Made by a program: the position numbers and the translations under genes. 32,000 nucleotides of DNA from Candidatus Kuenenia stuttgartensis (GTDB lineage: Bacteria > Planctomycetota > Brocadiia > Brocadiales > Brocadiaceae): contig NZ_LT934425.1 of the NCBI RefSeq assembly GCF_900232105.1, positions 3,870,001 through 3,902,000 of the forward strand. Reading direction: 5' to 3'. Positions 9,040-18,512 of the stretch are shown one piece after another; positions within the stretch are counted from its first letter, which is position 1; each line of letters begins with the position of its first letter. The notes below the pieces were generated by a model. It worked only from the letters and a program-made list of their open reading frames with translations. It had not been told where the DNA came from and did not search any database.

Positions 9040-9237
9040 ATGCCTCCAAAGGTAAGGGAACTGATTGCTGAATTAGAAAAGGAAGGCTTCGTAAATAGAG
9101 GTGGTAAAGGCAGCCATAGGAGTTTTGTCCACTCAAAAGTGCCTAAACCTATTACAATTTCAGGCAAACCTGGTGACGATGCAAAGCAATATCAGGTGCG
9201 AGCAGTACGCTTGGCACTGGAGGAGTTAAAAAAATGA
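9040..9237 (+). CDS. hicA: HicA-family toxin (type II TA mRNA interferase)
   Basis: About 65 aa. The HicA/YcfA signature is PPKVRELIAELEKEGFVNRGGKGSHRSFVH...ISGKPGDDAKQYQVRAV. ATG at 9040 follows the track's TTG at 9037. Confidence 0.85.
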   Translation: MPPKVRELIAELEKEGFVNRGGKGSHRSFVHSKVPKPITISGKPGDDAKQYQVRAVRLALEELKK

Positions 9238-9473
9238 AAGACAGCGCAAAATACGCGAAAATCGTCGAATGGTCCGAAGAAGATCAGTGTTATATAGGGA
9301 GTGCGCCGGGACTGATTTATGGAGGTTGTCACGGCGATGACGAGCAACGGGTCTTTGAAGAACTTTGTCAGATTGTTGAGGAAGCCATCGAACTGTATCG
9401 GAAAGAAGGAATACTTTTGCCTCCTGCTACTTCCAGCCGTGACTTCGCAAACCGTATGCAAAGCATCGCATAA
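9234..9473 (+). CDS. hicB: HicB-family antitoxin (short form without an obvious DNA-binding tail)
   Basis: 79 aa. YAKIVEWSEEDQCYIGSAPGLIYGGCHGDDEQRVFEELCQIVEEAIELYRKEG is HicB N-domain-like. It has a 4-nt ATGA overlap with hicA. Confidence 0.75.
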   Translation: MKDSAKYAKIVEWSEEDQCYIGSAPGLIYGGCHGDDEQRVFEELCQIVEEAIELYRKEGILLPPATSSRDFANRMQSIA

Positions 9474-9517
9474 CACGGCGCTCCACCGGAAGGCGGCGAA
9501 GTAGTTGCTGGTGAGCT

Positions 9518-9543
9518 TTGACATTAGGAGTTTTTCGTATAAT
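9518..9543 (+). promoter_or_regulatory. candidate sigma-70 promoter with perfect hexamers but a short spacer
   Basis: TTGACA (9518-9523) and TATAAT (9538-9543) are separated by only 14 nt. The promoter points into the structured inverted-repeat element. Confidence 0.3.
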
Positions 9544-9569
9544 GACGGTGCAACATAACACGGGTGGGT

Positions 9570-9719
9570 ACATTCCCGATTTTTTGTAAAAAAGCAATTA
9601 AGGGGTAATAGTAACTCAAGCTTCCGGCTCGAGTTACAAATATCACAAGCAGGATGCTTGTGGTACAGTACTAGTGTGCCGACAGGCAGGTGTAAAGAGT
9701 TACAAAAAATCGGGAATGT
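9570..9719. repeat. 150-bp element bounded by a perfect 20-bp inverted repeat enclosing three internal hairpins
   Basis: acattcccgattttttgtaa (9570-9589) is the exact reverse complement of 9700-9719. Internal hairpins lie at 9611-9637 (10 bp with 1 mismatch), 9644-9662 (8 bp) and 9677-9688 (4 bp). The right arm is the last six codons plus stop of the radical SAM gene. Confidence 0.65.
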
Positions 9720-11550
9720 TCCTGTTTTGAGAATTGCAAAGCAATGAATAAAGCCTGTTTGTCCCGTAATGCGCCACATATAAAAACACATATTCTCTGA
9801 TAAATATCCTTAAATCCCATCCCTCATAATGATTCTTTTCAAATGCTTCTAGTAATTTTTCTGAATCTTCAATACCAAGTCCTTCGTCAACCGTGTAATA
9901 ATAATTTAACGCAAGATCCCATTCAGGATTCTTATAGTAGGTAACGCCAAAGGTATTATTTTCTTTGGTTACTGGCGCATACTTGCAGAGATCAAATGTG
10001 CCGAATCCTATCGAATGTACAAATTCTTTATTTTCCTCCAAAAATTGTATTGTTTGTTGTGCGTCTTCATAGGACTCTCCCGGAAAACCGAAAAAGCCCA
10101 TTACATGATTCCATATGCCGGCATTAGAAGAGATTTTAAGCATTTTGCGCATAATATTTGTAGTTGTTGACTTATCCATTCGTTTTAATATCCGTTCACT
10201 TCCTGACTCAAAGCCTAAATGCAAATACTTGCAACCGGCATTTGCAGCAGTTTCCCAGATTTCTTCATTTGTTAAACTATTTTCAAATCTTAAATGGGTC
10301 ATCCATGCAATGTTCATGTTGTTTTTTATCAATGCATAAGAGAGTTTTTTAAATAAAGCCGGAGGGTATGATTCGTCGGGAAAGTGAAAATTATGCGTGT
10401 GATACTTGTTTTGAAGATAATGGATATCATTAATAATCTGGCTGATCTTTTTTGCCCTGTAGCCGGCGGTATACCCCTCTCCATGATCACAGAATTTACA
10501 ACGCCCCCAATAACAGCCCCTTGTGGCAACGTAAGGGAGGATTAATTCTGGGACAAAATATTTTTCTAATGGCAAACCATCGAAATCAGGAACAAGCAGT
10601 CTTGTTACATCTTCTGCCATTATTAATGGAGAAGTATGTATGCCTGACGCATCTCTGAATATTACGTTTGGAACGGTTGCAAGATTTCGTGTAGTACCGA
10701 GTGTCTCAACAAGCTTAAGCAACGCGGTTTCTCCTTCAAAGACTATGGCACTATCGAAAACAGCAAACAGATCAGGCTTTTCCGGCAATATGTCACGAAG
10801 CCGCGTTATCGTATTTCCGCCGATGGTGATGTGAATATGTGGAAAATCTTCTTTGATAAGTGAACAAAAAGTCAATGAAGATATAAGCTGTTGCTTGAGA
10901 ACGATTGAAATTCCAATAATGTCCGGATTTTCTGCGTGTATAGACGGTTGCAAAATCTGCTTATAAACATCCCTGTAAACGTTTACCTGAGCATCTTTTA
11001 TTGCTTTCAGAAGCTCTGAGGATATAAAAGTGTTATAGGGCAGTGTTGTTTCCATTGGTGGCAGGCGAATAATTGCAGGGGCGTATACAAGTGAGATGAA
11101 GGAAGTTACTTCGTGGAAAATATTGATAGCCCATTCAAGTTTTTTTACATCAAAAAAATCCGGGGAAGTTACGATCTTTTTTGCTTCTTCAGCATGTTGC
11201 GACAATTCTTTAATACGGGCTTTTGTACAACCGGTTAATGCCTGTTTAATTGATCTGTCATTATCATCCAATCCTAACAGCGCCGATTTATTTTTCAATC
11301 TTTCTAATTGTTTCGGCGCCTTTTCAAAAATAAGTTGAAGACCGTTACTGCTGAAAAACCAATCATACATCTCAAGATTTACATCTTTTTGAACGACAAG
11401 ATGGCCTGCAGACCGCAAGACAGCAGTAAGAGAGGGAAGGCTTAAATATGGTTCAGAAGGAAACCAATCCGGTGGAAACACCAACATTATTTTCTTTGTG
11501 CGATGACAGGCATTTTTATCGCCCATGGTATATAATGACATTTTATGCAA
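9700..11550 (-). CDS. B12-binding-domain radical SAM protein (class B rSAM); start codon uncertain
   Basis: The N-terminal KIMLVFPPDWFPSEPYLSLPSLTAVLRSAGH is typical of the cobalamin-binding domain, and a radical SAM cluster motif is present at ATRGCYWGRCKFCDHG. The ORF opens with TTG at 11550. In-frame ATGs at 11541, 11526 and 11487 (MLVFPP) are alternatives. Confidence 0.85.
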   Translation of the reverse strand: MHKMSLYTMGDKNACHRTKKIMLVFPPDWFPSEPYLSLPSLTAVLRSAGHLVVQKDVNLEMYDWFFSSNGLQLIFEKAPKQLERLKNKSALLGLDDNDRSIKQALTGCTKARIKELSQHAEEAKKIVTSPDFFDVKKLEWAINIFHEVTSFISLVYAPAIIRLPPMETTLPYNTFISSELLKAIKDAQVNVYRDVYKQILQPSIHAENPDIIGISIVLKQQLISSLTFCSLIKEDFPHIHITIGGNTITRLRDILPEKPDLFAVFDSAIVFEGETALLKLVETLGTTRNLATVPNVIFRDASGIHTSPLIMAEDVTRLLVPDFDGLPLEKYFVPELILPYVATRGCYWGRCKFCDHGEGYTAGYRAKKISQIINDIHYLQNKYHTHNFHFPDESYPPALFKKLSYALIKNNMNIAWMTHLRFENSLTNEEIWETAANAGCKYLHLGFESGSERILKRMDKSTTTNIMRKMLKISSNAGIWNHVMGFFGFPGESYEDAQQTIQFLEENKEFVHSIGFGTFDLCKYAPVTKENNTFGVTYYKNPEWDLALNYYYTVDEGLGIEDSEKLLEAFEKNHYEGWDLRIFIREYVFLYVAHYGTNRLYSLLCNSQNRNIPDFL

Positions 11551-11692
11551 GAGGTATCGTTAAACGCATCTGTTTTTAGAGAAATCTAATATAACATCTT
11601 AATAGCGGTATGGTGGGTGGCACTGCCAAACTTGTTTGTCAGTGAAATTCCGCAGGAGACGGAATTCAGGCAATATACTTATAATGCAAGGT

Positions 11693-12262
11693 CTAAGGAC
11701 ATCCGTTTCTGCGATAGCACTCGTCTTTGAGTACTGCTATATAGGGTAAATTTCTATATTTGTTATTATAATCGAGGCCATAACCAACAACGAAATCATC
11801 TCCCACATTAAAACAACAATAATCAGGTTTAATTTTATTTTGACGTCTTCCGCTACGGCTTAAAAGCACACAGCTTTTCAAGGAAGCAGGGGCATATTTT
11901 TTAATATCTGCTAAAACTTTTTTCAACGTATTTCCCGTATCAACAATGTCATCTATTACTAAAACATGTTTGCCTTCAATATCAATTTTAAAATTATGTA
12001 TAATATTGACCTCCCCTTTCGATATAGTCGAATCACCATAACTTGAGGCGTCTATGGTGTCCAATCTTATTGAAAAAGGAATATGGCGAATCAAATCTGC
12101 AAGAAATACGAGACTTCCGTTAAGTATTGCAATAATCGTCCATTCTTTATTTTGATAAGTATTAATCAAAGTATTTGATAATTCGACTAATTTCTCCTTA
12201 ATTTGTTTCTCGCTGATTACGACCCGTGCAACATCCTTTTCCACGTCATTTATCCTCCACAC
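11693..12262 (-). CDS. hpt: hypoxanthine(-guanine) phosphoribosyltransferase
   Basis: The PRPP-binding motif HVLVIDDIVDTGNTL is present, flanked by ILNGSLVFLADLIR and GYGLDYNNKYRNLPYIAV. The start is GTG at 12262. GTG at 12244, 9 nt after GGAGG, is an alternative. Confidence 0.9.
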   Translation of the reverse strand: MWRINDVEKDVARVVISEKQIKEKLVELSNTLINTYQNKEWTIIAILNGSLVFLADLIRHIPFSIRLDTIDASSYGDSTISKGEVNIIHNFKIDIEGKHVLVIDDIVDTGNTLKKVLADIKKYAPASLKSCVLLSRSGRRQNKIKPDYCCFNVGDDFVVGYGLDYNNKYRNLPYIAVLKDECYRRNGCP

Positions 12263-12425
12263 ACTCGTTGAATAAACAGATAATTAAATAAACGGTTTAT
12301 AAATGTAATACTATCGTATTATTCTGTAAAAAATTCTTTTTTGTAGGGGGTTTTGCATCTCCTCCTTGTGAAGGAGGGTAAAGAGGAGTGGTTCTCTTTC
12401 GTTGCGATTTTGCTGTGCTGTGAGA

Positions 12426-13139
12426 TTAATCTCGATTCCTTCTTTCCTGAGTAAACTGTTGTAAAATAAACCTTTCACTTGTTGCCTCTTCAACCATTCC
12501 AAGTTTATCATAAATTACATGCAGAACACTATGTGCTTTTTCTGCTTTCGGATTCAGCATTATTGTTTTTTTTAACGCAGCAATTGCTTCATCATACATA
12601 TTATTTTTGTAATAGCAGACGCCCAGGAAATAGTGTCCGTCTTCCAGTTCCGGATTAAGCGCTATTGCTTTTTTACATGCCAAAAGAGCTTCATCATGAT
12701 TTTCCATCAGACTATAGGCAACCGATAAGTAAAGGTGTGCCTCCGCTTCTTTTTTGACGTCTTTTTTAGAGGAAAATAAATCAATAGCCGTTTTATATTC
12801 TTGTATCGCCTCCATGGTCATTTGCTTTGCCATATATGCAAACGCAATGTTATAGCGGACCTTTGGCTCTTCAGGATTAAGTTCAATAGCGCGTTTTAGT
12901 TCTGTTAGCGACTCGTCTATCATCCCTTTTGTGTAATAGGCTACGCCTAAACCATAATGGGCATCATAGTGATTCTTATTTATTTCCAATGCCTTTTTAA
13001 ATGCGTCAATTGCTTCATCGTATTTTTTTTGTTCAAAAAAAGAAAGCCCTTTTTTATTAAACGAGTCAGCTTTATTGCCGCAACCGATAATTAAAATACA
13101 AAAGAGTAATGATAGGTATGATAATTTACGTATAAACAT
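12426..13139 (-). CDS. TPR-repeat lipoprotein
   Basis: The signal peptide has a lipobox (LLFCILIIGC). It is followed by about six tandem 34-aa TPR units, each with the A..y..Al.l.P signature (for example AIDAFKKALEINKNHYDAHYGLGVAY). Confidence 0.85.
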   Translation of the reverse strand: MFIRKLSYLSLLFCILIIGCGNKADSFNKKGLSFFEQKKYDEAIDAFKKALEINKNHYDAHYGLGVAYYTKGMIDESLTELKRAIELNPEEPKVRYNIAFAYMAKQMTMEAIQEYKTAIDLFSSKKDVKKEAEAHLYLSVAYSLMENHDEALLACKKAIALNPELEDGHYFLGVCYYKNNMYDEAIAALKKTIMLNPKAEKAHSVLHVIYDKLGMVEEATSERFILQQFTQERRNRD

Positions 13140-13457
13140 GATGTGGTTTTAGGGTGCCAGAGAATAGGGGACGTTTTAAAAAACAGCATATAAAAGTTTT
13201 TTATAGAAAAAAATATTCTAACCTCAAGACGCTATATTTTAAAGGATATATTTTTTATTGTGAAAACTAGCAAGAAAAAATAAATCTACGATTGATTAGA
13301 GAGAAGAAGAAATCCATGTTATTTACAAAACAATGCACATACAATAAACACATTTGGAGAGGTAATTGTATGAAGAGATAGGAAGGGGTGTATTGTCTTA
13401 CAAATAAGGTATTAACGAGAAGAAACCATACAAAGGGTGAGGAAAGTTACTGACATA

Positions 13458-13466
13458 TTATCCACA
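13458..13466 (+). promoter_or_regulatory. perfect DnaA box TTATCCACA upstream of dnaA
   Basis: An exact 9-mer match lies about 400 bp upstream of the dnaA ATG. One 1-mismatch box (gTATTCACA) is at 13822-13830, and the other candidates have 2 or more mismatches. Confidence 0.55.
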
Positions 13467-13868
13467 ATTGATTTCCCGCTTTGAGAGGGTAGAGAACAGG
13501 AACTGTGCGCGGGATAATTTGCGGAGCGACTTGGAGGGGTAAATGGATATCGCGAAGGCAAAGCAGCGATAATATGATGTACTGATACGACTTATGGAAC
13601 CTCAAATACAACGGCGATAAAAAAGTGTGGTGAGGAAGTGAGAGAAAAAAAATTATTTCCATCTTTTTGAAGTAGCGGGCATTTTGTTTAACTATGTGAT
13701 ACCTGCAAGGGTTGCATTCGTTTCAGTGGTATGCCAAAAATTTTGGGTAAAAAAAGCACCGGTTTTTTTTTGACACATAAAAACTCTTTTGATACTATCT
13801 CAATCCTTCGCGTACGATTGCGTATTCACAATCCAACCAAAACAAGCAACAAGAAATTAGGAATCACA

Positions 13869-15218
13869 ATGGAACCTTGTTCAAAAATATGGGATGATAT
13901 TCTTGAGAATGTCAGAGAGAAATTAGGCCCATTACGATTCAATCTGTGGTTCAAAAATACCCGTCTTGAGTCAATAGGTGATGCTTACGCAAGCATTGCC
14001 GTTCCTAACGTATTTACCCAGATGTGGCTGCAGGAGAATTTTTCCGGTTTGTTGAAAGAGGACATAGGGCGGTTTCTGAAGAGGAGCGACCTTGATGTAC
14101 GGTTTATACTGGACAACAAGCAGGAGAAAGAGATCGTATTGCCGGAAAAGCCTGATGTTGTTGATGAGAAGGGTGCGTATACGGGGAGGAAAGCACTGGG
14201 GTTAAACAAGGGTTTGTTGCTGGAGGATTTTGTGATAGGCCCCAATAACCGGCTTGCATATACGGCGGCCCTTGAAATGATAAAGGAGGAGTATCCGCCC
14301 TTTAATCCCCTTTTTATTCATGGGAATGTAGGGGTGGGGAAGACACATCTGCTTGTGGGGATATGGAATCGGGTCAGGAAAGAGCAGACGGTGAATGCGG
14401 TGTATATGTCTGCGGAGAAGTGGACGAATGAGTTTATCTATGCATTGCAGAAAGGGAAGATGGAGTCATTTAGGCAGAGATACAGGAATGTGGACGTATT
14501 TCTGATAGATGACGTTCATTTTTTATCCAACAAGCAGGGAGTGCAGGAGGAGTTTTTGCATACGTTTAATGCGTTGTATGATTCGTCAAAGAGGATAATA
14601 TTTGCGAGCGATGCCCATCCGAAGCAGATAAGCCAGTTGAAGGAGAATTTGGCGAGCCGGTTTATGTCGGGTATGGTGGCGCGCATAGAGAGGCCGGAGT
14701 ATGCGACGAGGTTGTTGATATTAAGGACGAAGGCATCGAAGTACGATGTGTATTTTCCGGAGGAGGCGCTGGAGTATATTGCGGAGAAGTTTGATGATAG
14801 TGTAAGAGAGGTGGAGAGCGCCTTGGTGACGTTGACGGCGCATGCCAGGTTTAATGACAGAAAGATAGACATTGCGTTTGTCAAAGATGTGTTGAAGGAG
14901 TTCTTTTACGGCGACGACAAGGTAGTAAAGGTGGAGGAGATAGAGGGTGCGGTGTTGCGGCATTTTAACATAAGCCGCAGTGACCTTCATTCGAGCCGGA
15001 AGGCGAAGACGGTATCGTTTCCGCGTCAGATATGCATGTATTTAATAAAAAATCAGTTGGATTGGTCGTATCAGCAAATAGGGAATTATTTTGGCAACAA
15101 GAAACATACGACAGTGATATTTGCGATAAAAAAAATAAACGAAGAATTGAAAAAAGATGACCAGTTTAAATCGTTCCTCGATATACTTATGGAAAAAATT
15201 AAAAAAAGTCGTAAATAG
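13869..15218 (+). CDS. dnaA: chromosomal replication initiator DnaA
   Basis: 449 aa from ATG 13869 (MEPCSKIWDDILENVREKLG... is the usual DnaA domain I start). It has the AAA+ Walker A GNVGVGKTHLL and a C-terminal DNA-binding domain (SFPRQICMYLIKNQLDWSYQQIGNYFGNKKHTTV). The track's 46-aa N-terminal extension looks non-coding. Confidence 0.95.
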   Translation: MEPCSKIWDDILENVREKLGPLRFNLWFKNTRLESIGDAYASIAVPNVFTQMWLQENFSGLLKEDIGRFLKRSDLDVRFILDNKQEKEIVLPEKPDVVDEKGAYTGRKALGLNKGLLLEDFVIGPNNRLAYTAALEMIKEEYPPFNPLFIHGNVGVGKTHLLVGIWNRVRKEQTVNAVYMSAEKWTNEFIYALQKGKMESFRQRYRNVDVFLIDDVHFLSNKQGVQEEFLHTFNALYDSSKRIIFASDAHPKQISQLKENLASRFMSGMVARIERPEYATRLLILRTKASKYDVYFPEEALEYIAEKFDDSVREVESALVTLTAHARFNDRKIDIAFVKDVLKEFFYGDDKVVKVEEIEGAVLRHFNISRSDLHSSRKAKTVSFPRQICMYLIKNQLDWSYQQIGNYFGNKKHTTVIFAIKKINEELKKDDQFKSFLDILMEKIKKSRK

Positions 15219-15302
15219 ACCCTGAGAATGGCGCATGATGTCGAATTAAAAAACAGTGTTAAGCACATTAAAGATGTAATTATTCCTGTAAATTAGATAT
15301 TT

Positions 15303-16370
15303 ATGAGTTTAGGCGAGATAAAGAAAAAATTAGAAGAAGACGGCGTGGATGGGTTTTTAGTCACGAATGAGATAAATATCAGATACATTACGAATTTTAA
15401 AGGTTCTGATAGTGCTCTTTTAATAACACCGGGAAGCGACTATTTATTCACTGATTCCAGGTATATAGAACAAGCACACCAGGATAATCCGGAAATAAAA
15501 ATAGTAGAAAGAAAGATATCATTGACAAATTCGATATGTGGAAAGATTAAACAACTTAAAATAAAAAAACTTCTCGTCGAGTCTTTATATATTTCAGTAG
15601 ACCAGTTTAATGAGATTAAACAAAGAATAAATAACATTTGTATGCTTACGGTAAAAGGAATAGTAGAGAATTATAGAAAGCAGAAAACAAAGGATGAATT
15701 AGAAAAAATACAGAAGGCTATAGGGATAGCGGAAAAAGCATATACAAATGTTCAAAGCAAAATAAAATATGGCATTACTGAAAAAGATATAGCGGATATT
15801 TTAGAATATGAATTGAGGAAACAGGGCGCGGAAAAAAGTTCATTTGATATCATATGTGCCGTTGGTAAACATGCATCAAAGCCGCACGCACGCCCTTCAA
15901 CAACCATGATTCAAAGAGGGGATACCGTTTTAATTGATTGGGGAGCAAGATTTCAGGATTATAATTCTGACTTGACAAGACTTAAGACCATGGATAGAAT
16001 ATCCCCGAAATTCCGAAGGATATATCAAATAGTGCTTGATGCACAATACCTTGCAATTGGAAGCATAAGGCCTGGCGTAATAGCAAAGAAAATAGATGCC
16101 GTTGCAAGGGGTTATATTGAGAAAAAAGGATTTGGAAAGTATTTTGGTCACGGTTTGGGTCACGGAGTAGGGCTAGAAGTTCATGAAGCGCCATTTATTA
16201 ATAGGAAAAGCAATGAAATATTAAAAGAAGGCATGGTTTTTACTGTAGAGCCAGGCATCTATATTCCCCAATGGGGAGGTGTTAGAATAGAAGATTTGGT
16301 ATTGGTTACCTCGACGGGATGTGAGGTGTTGAGTAAACTGCCTAAAAAGTTATCGGATATTGACGAATGA
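15303..16370 (+). CDS. M24-family Xaa-Pro aminopeptidase / dipeptidase
   Basis: 355 aa with a creatinase-like N-domain and the M24B metal-ligand blocks (DWGARFQDYNSDLTR, HGLGHGVGLEVHE, FTVEPGIY, GGVRIED). Confidence 0.9.
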   Translation: MSLGEIKKKLEEDGVDGFLVTNEINIRYITNFKGSDSALLITPGSDYLFTDSRYIEQAHQDNPEIKIVERKISLTNSICGKIKQLKIKKLLVESLYISVDQFNEIKQRINNICMLTVKGIVENYRKQKTKDELEKIQKAIGIAEKAYTNVQSKIKYGITEKDIADILEYELRKQGAEKSSFDIICAVGKHASKPHARPSTTMIQRGDTVLIDWGARFQDYNSDLTRLKTMDRISPKFRRIYQIVLDAQYLAIGSIRPGVIAKKIDAVARGYIEKKGFGKYFGHGLGHGVGLEVHEAPFINRKSNEILKEGMVFTVEPGIYIPQWGGVRIEDLVLVTSTGCEVLSKLPKKLSDIDE

Positions 16371-16589
16371 TTTAACGTGTTCATTGCGGAAATTCTGCAA
16401 GACCCTTTTTAACAATAGCCTATATTTATTATAGAAAAGCTATTCATTCAGTAGCCCATCGTTTAATCAATCCTTTATCTCTTCACGTAAGCCCGAAATT
16501 TATTTTTTACACATGAAACAATTCGTAATAAGAGATGCTATTTTCGCTTTACTATTTGATAATTACTAAATTTTATATAGGGAAAAATA

Positions 16590-17060
16590 ATGGACATTAT
16601 AGAGAAAGTAAAGCAATTGATAAAAATTATGGATGAGAGCGAGTTGTCTGAGCTCGAAATTCAAGAGGAAGCGACAAAAATAAAAATAAAAAAGGGGATC
16701 TCCGGGTATTCACAAACTATTTCTCACCAGACAATTCCACCATTATATCCGGCGCAAGCCCAACAGATAGAACAGCCATTCGCAATTTCCCGGGAAAATG
16801 AAAGCTCTTCTGAGATTTATTCGCCCATGGTGGGAACATTTTACCGTTCTACTGCTCCAGGCGAGAGTCCTTGTGTTGGAATTGGTGATTTCGTAAATGA
16901 AGAAACCGTTGTTTGTATCATAGAAGCAATGAAAATTATGAATGAAGTAAAAGCGGAAATGGTAGGTGAAATTATTGAAATATATGTACAAGATGGGGAG
17001 GCCGTTGAGTATGGGCAACCGCTCTTTCGCGTCCGACAGACAAAGAAAGCGACGATATAA
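16590..17060 (+). CDS. accB: acetyl-CoA carboxylase biotin carboxyl carrier protein
   Basis: 156 aa. The biotinyl-lysine motif is EAMKIMNEV, with a Pro/Ala/Gln-rich linker, and the gene lies immediately upstream of accC. Confidence 0.95.
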   Translation: MDIIEKVKQLIKIMDESELSELEIQEEATKIKIKKGISGYSQTISHQTIPPLYPAQAQQIEQPFAISRENESSSEIYSPMVGTFYRSTAPGESPCVGIGDFVNEETVVCIIEAMKIMNEVKAEMVGEIIEIYVQDGEAVEYGQPLFRVRQTKKATI

Positions 17061-17101
17061 GTGGACTCGAATCATTTCAAATAATTAAGGAAGAAGGAAA
17101 T

Positions 17102-18448
17102 ATGTTTTCCCGGATAATGGTTGCAAATAGAGGTGAAATTGCTTTGAGAATCATTAGGGCATGCCGCGAAATGGGGATAGAGACTGTCGCTGTTTGCTCA
17201 AAATCGGATGCAAATGCCACTTATTTAAAGCTAGCCGATATCGTAGTGTGTATTGGACCTGCTGATGCGGAAGGTAGTTATTTAAATATTCCGAGCATCA
17301 TCAGCGCTGCAGAGATCACGGATATAGAAGCAATCCATCCTGGGTATGGTTTTTTATCGGAAGTGAGTCATTTTGCGGAAGTTTGTGAATCGTCAAATAT
17401 CGTATTTATTGGCCCGAAATCTGATGCATTGAGGAAGCTTGGCAATAAGACTGAAGCAAGGAAAATTGCAATAGAAAACAAGGTCCCTGTTGTTCCCGGA
17501 AGTTTGTCTGTAATAAAAAGTCAGCAGGAAGCGTTAAGCGTTGCACATGAAATAGGTTTTCCCGTAATCATTAAAGCTTCTTTAGGGGGCGGTGGACGGG
17601 GAATGCGGGTAGCTCATAATGATATAAGCCTCATTAATTCATTGACTATTGCCCAAAGAGAGGCTAAGGCTGCATTCAAGGATTCGTCTATTTATATAGA
17701 AAAATATATTGAAGATGCACGTCACATTGAGGTGCAAATAGTTGGAGATAATTACGGGAATATTATACATTTGGGCGAAAGGGACTGCACCATGCAGCGA
17801 AGACACCAAAAACTAATCGAAGAGTCCCCTGCACCATACATTACCGATCGGGCGCGGGAAGATATTTGTAAGGCTGCCATAAAAATGGCAAAATCCATTA
17901 ATTATACAAATGCCGGAACTGTTGAATTTTTATTAGATAAGGAAAATAATTATTATTTCATAGAGGTGAATACACGTTTGCAGGTAGAACATCCGGTTAC
18001 GGAAATGGTGACGGGAATAGATTTAGTGAAATTACAAATAAAGATTGCCAGTGGAGAGAGATTAAATATTAAACAGAAAAAAATTCGCAGTCAGGGGGTT
18101 GCTATAGAATGCAGGATCAATGCAGAAGATCCTTATAATGATTTTCGGCCGCAACCGGGGAAGATCACAAATTATCATCCTCCAGGAGGGAGAGGGGTTA
18201 GGGTGGATTCTCACATTCACTCCGGCTATGAAATCCCGCCGTACTATGATTCATTAATCGCTAAGTTGATTGTACATCAAAACACACGTGAGGAAGCAAT
18301 TGCCTGTATGCGTAGGGCATTGAGTGAATACGTTATCGAAGGAGTGAAAACTACCATTCCGTTACAATTGGATTTAATAACACATCCTCAATTTGCAAAT
18401 GGGAATATAAATACAAATTTTGTCGATAATCTTATGGCAAAAACTTAA
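17102..18448 (+). CDS. accC: acetyl-CoA carboxylase biotin carboxylase subunit
   Basis: 448 aa. Contains the ATP-grasp signatures [24 protein letters not shown] and [14 protein letters not shown]. Confidence 0.97.
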   Translation: MFSRIMVANRGEIALRIIRACREMGIETVAVCSKSDANATYLKLADIVVCIGPADAEGSYLNIPSIISAAEITDIEAIHPGYGFLSEVSHFAEVCESSNIVFIGPKSDALRKLGNKTEARKIAIENKVPVVPGSLSVIKSQQEALSVAHEIGFPVIIKASLGGGGRGMRVAHNDISLINSLTIAQREAKAAFKDSSIYIEKYIEDARHIEVQIVGDNYGNIIHLGERDCTMQRRHQKLIEESPAPYITDRAREDICKAAIKMAKSINYTNAGTVEFLLDKENNYYFIEVNTRLQVEHPVTEMVTGIDLVKLQIKIASGERLNIKQKKIRSQGVAIECRINAEDPYNDFRPQPGKITNYHPPGGRGVRVDSHIHSGYEIPPYYDSLIAKLIVHQNTREEAIACMRRALSEYVIEGVKTTIPLQLDLITHPQFANGNINTNFVDNLMAKT

Positions 18449-18483
18449 ATGGTAATTTTATTGATTTGGAAAACAATTTTTAG

Positions 18484-18512
18484 TTGACACAATAAAAAAA
18501 CCATGCTAGTGT
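18484..18512 (+). promoter_or_regulatory. candidate sigma-70 promoter for the cytochrome module
   Basis: TTGACA (18484-18489), a 17-nt spacer, then TGcTAGTGT (extended -10-like, with the -10 at 18507-18512). This would give a leader of about 350 nt before ATG 18867. Confidence 0.3.

Noticed and set aside
9192-9791. 199-aa minus-strand ORF spanning hicA/hicB, the inverted-repeat element and the radical SAM 3' end
   Set aside because: It crosses two well-supported plus-strand genes and a non-coding structured region. Its sequence is featureless, so it is probably a chance open frame.
11618-11634. TGGCAC hexamer suggesting a sigma-54 -24 element
   Set aside because: There is no GC dinucleotide at the required -12 offset, and no gene lies downstream on that strand.
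12330-12375. CCTCCTT-GTG-AAGGAGG hairpin between the TPR gene and hpt as a terminator
   Set aside because: No U-run directly follows the stem on the transcribed (minus) strand; the nearest T/A tract is about 25 nt away. I left it unannotated.
13438-13450. gaggaaagt, resembling the RNase P RNA P4 motif GAGGAAAGUCC
   Set aside because: The match stops after 9 nt. No complementary P4 strand (ACAGAACCCGGCUUA-like) or other conserved RNase P elements occur on either strand of the 13.1-13.9 kb region.
13543-13572. 9-codon micro-ORF (MDIAKAKQR) preceded by GGAGGGG in the dnaA upstream region
   Set aside because: It is too short to evaluate from sequence alone, and neither conservation nor function can be inferred.
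13731-13868. 46-codon N-terminal extension of dnaA in the ORF track (and the 15-codon extension of pheS at 5186-5230)
   Set aside because: The extensions have no DnaA or PheS similarity. The dnaA extension is low-complexity, and the pheS extension reads through a terminator T-run. Conserved N-termini begin at ATG 13869 and ATG 5231.
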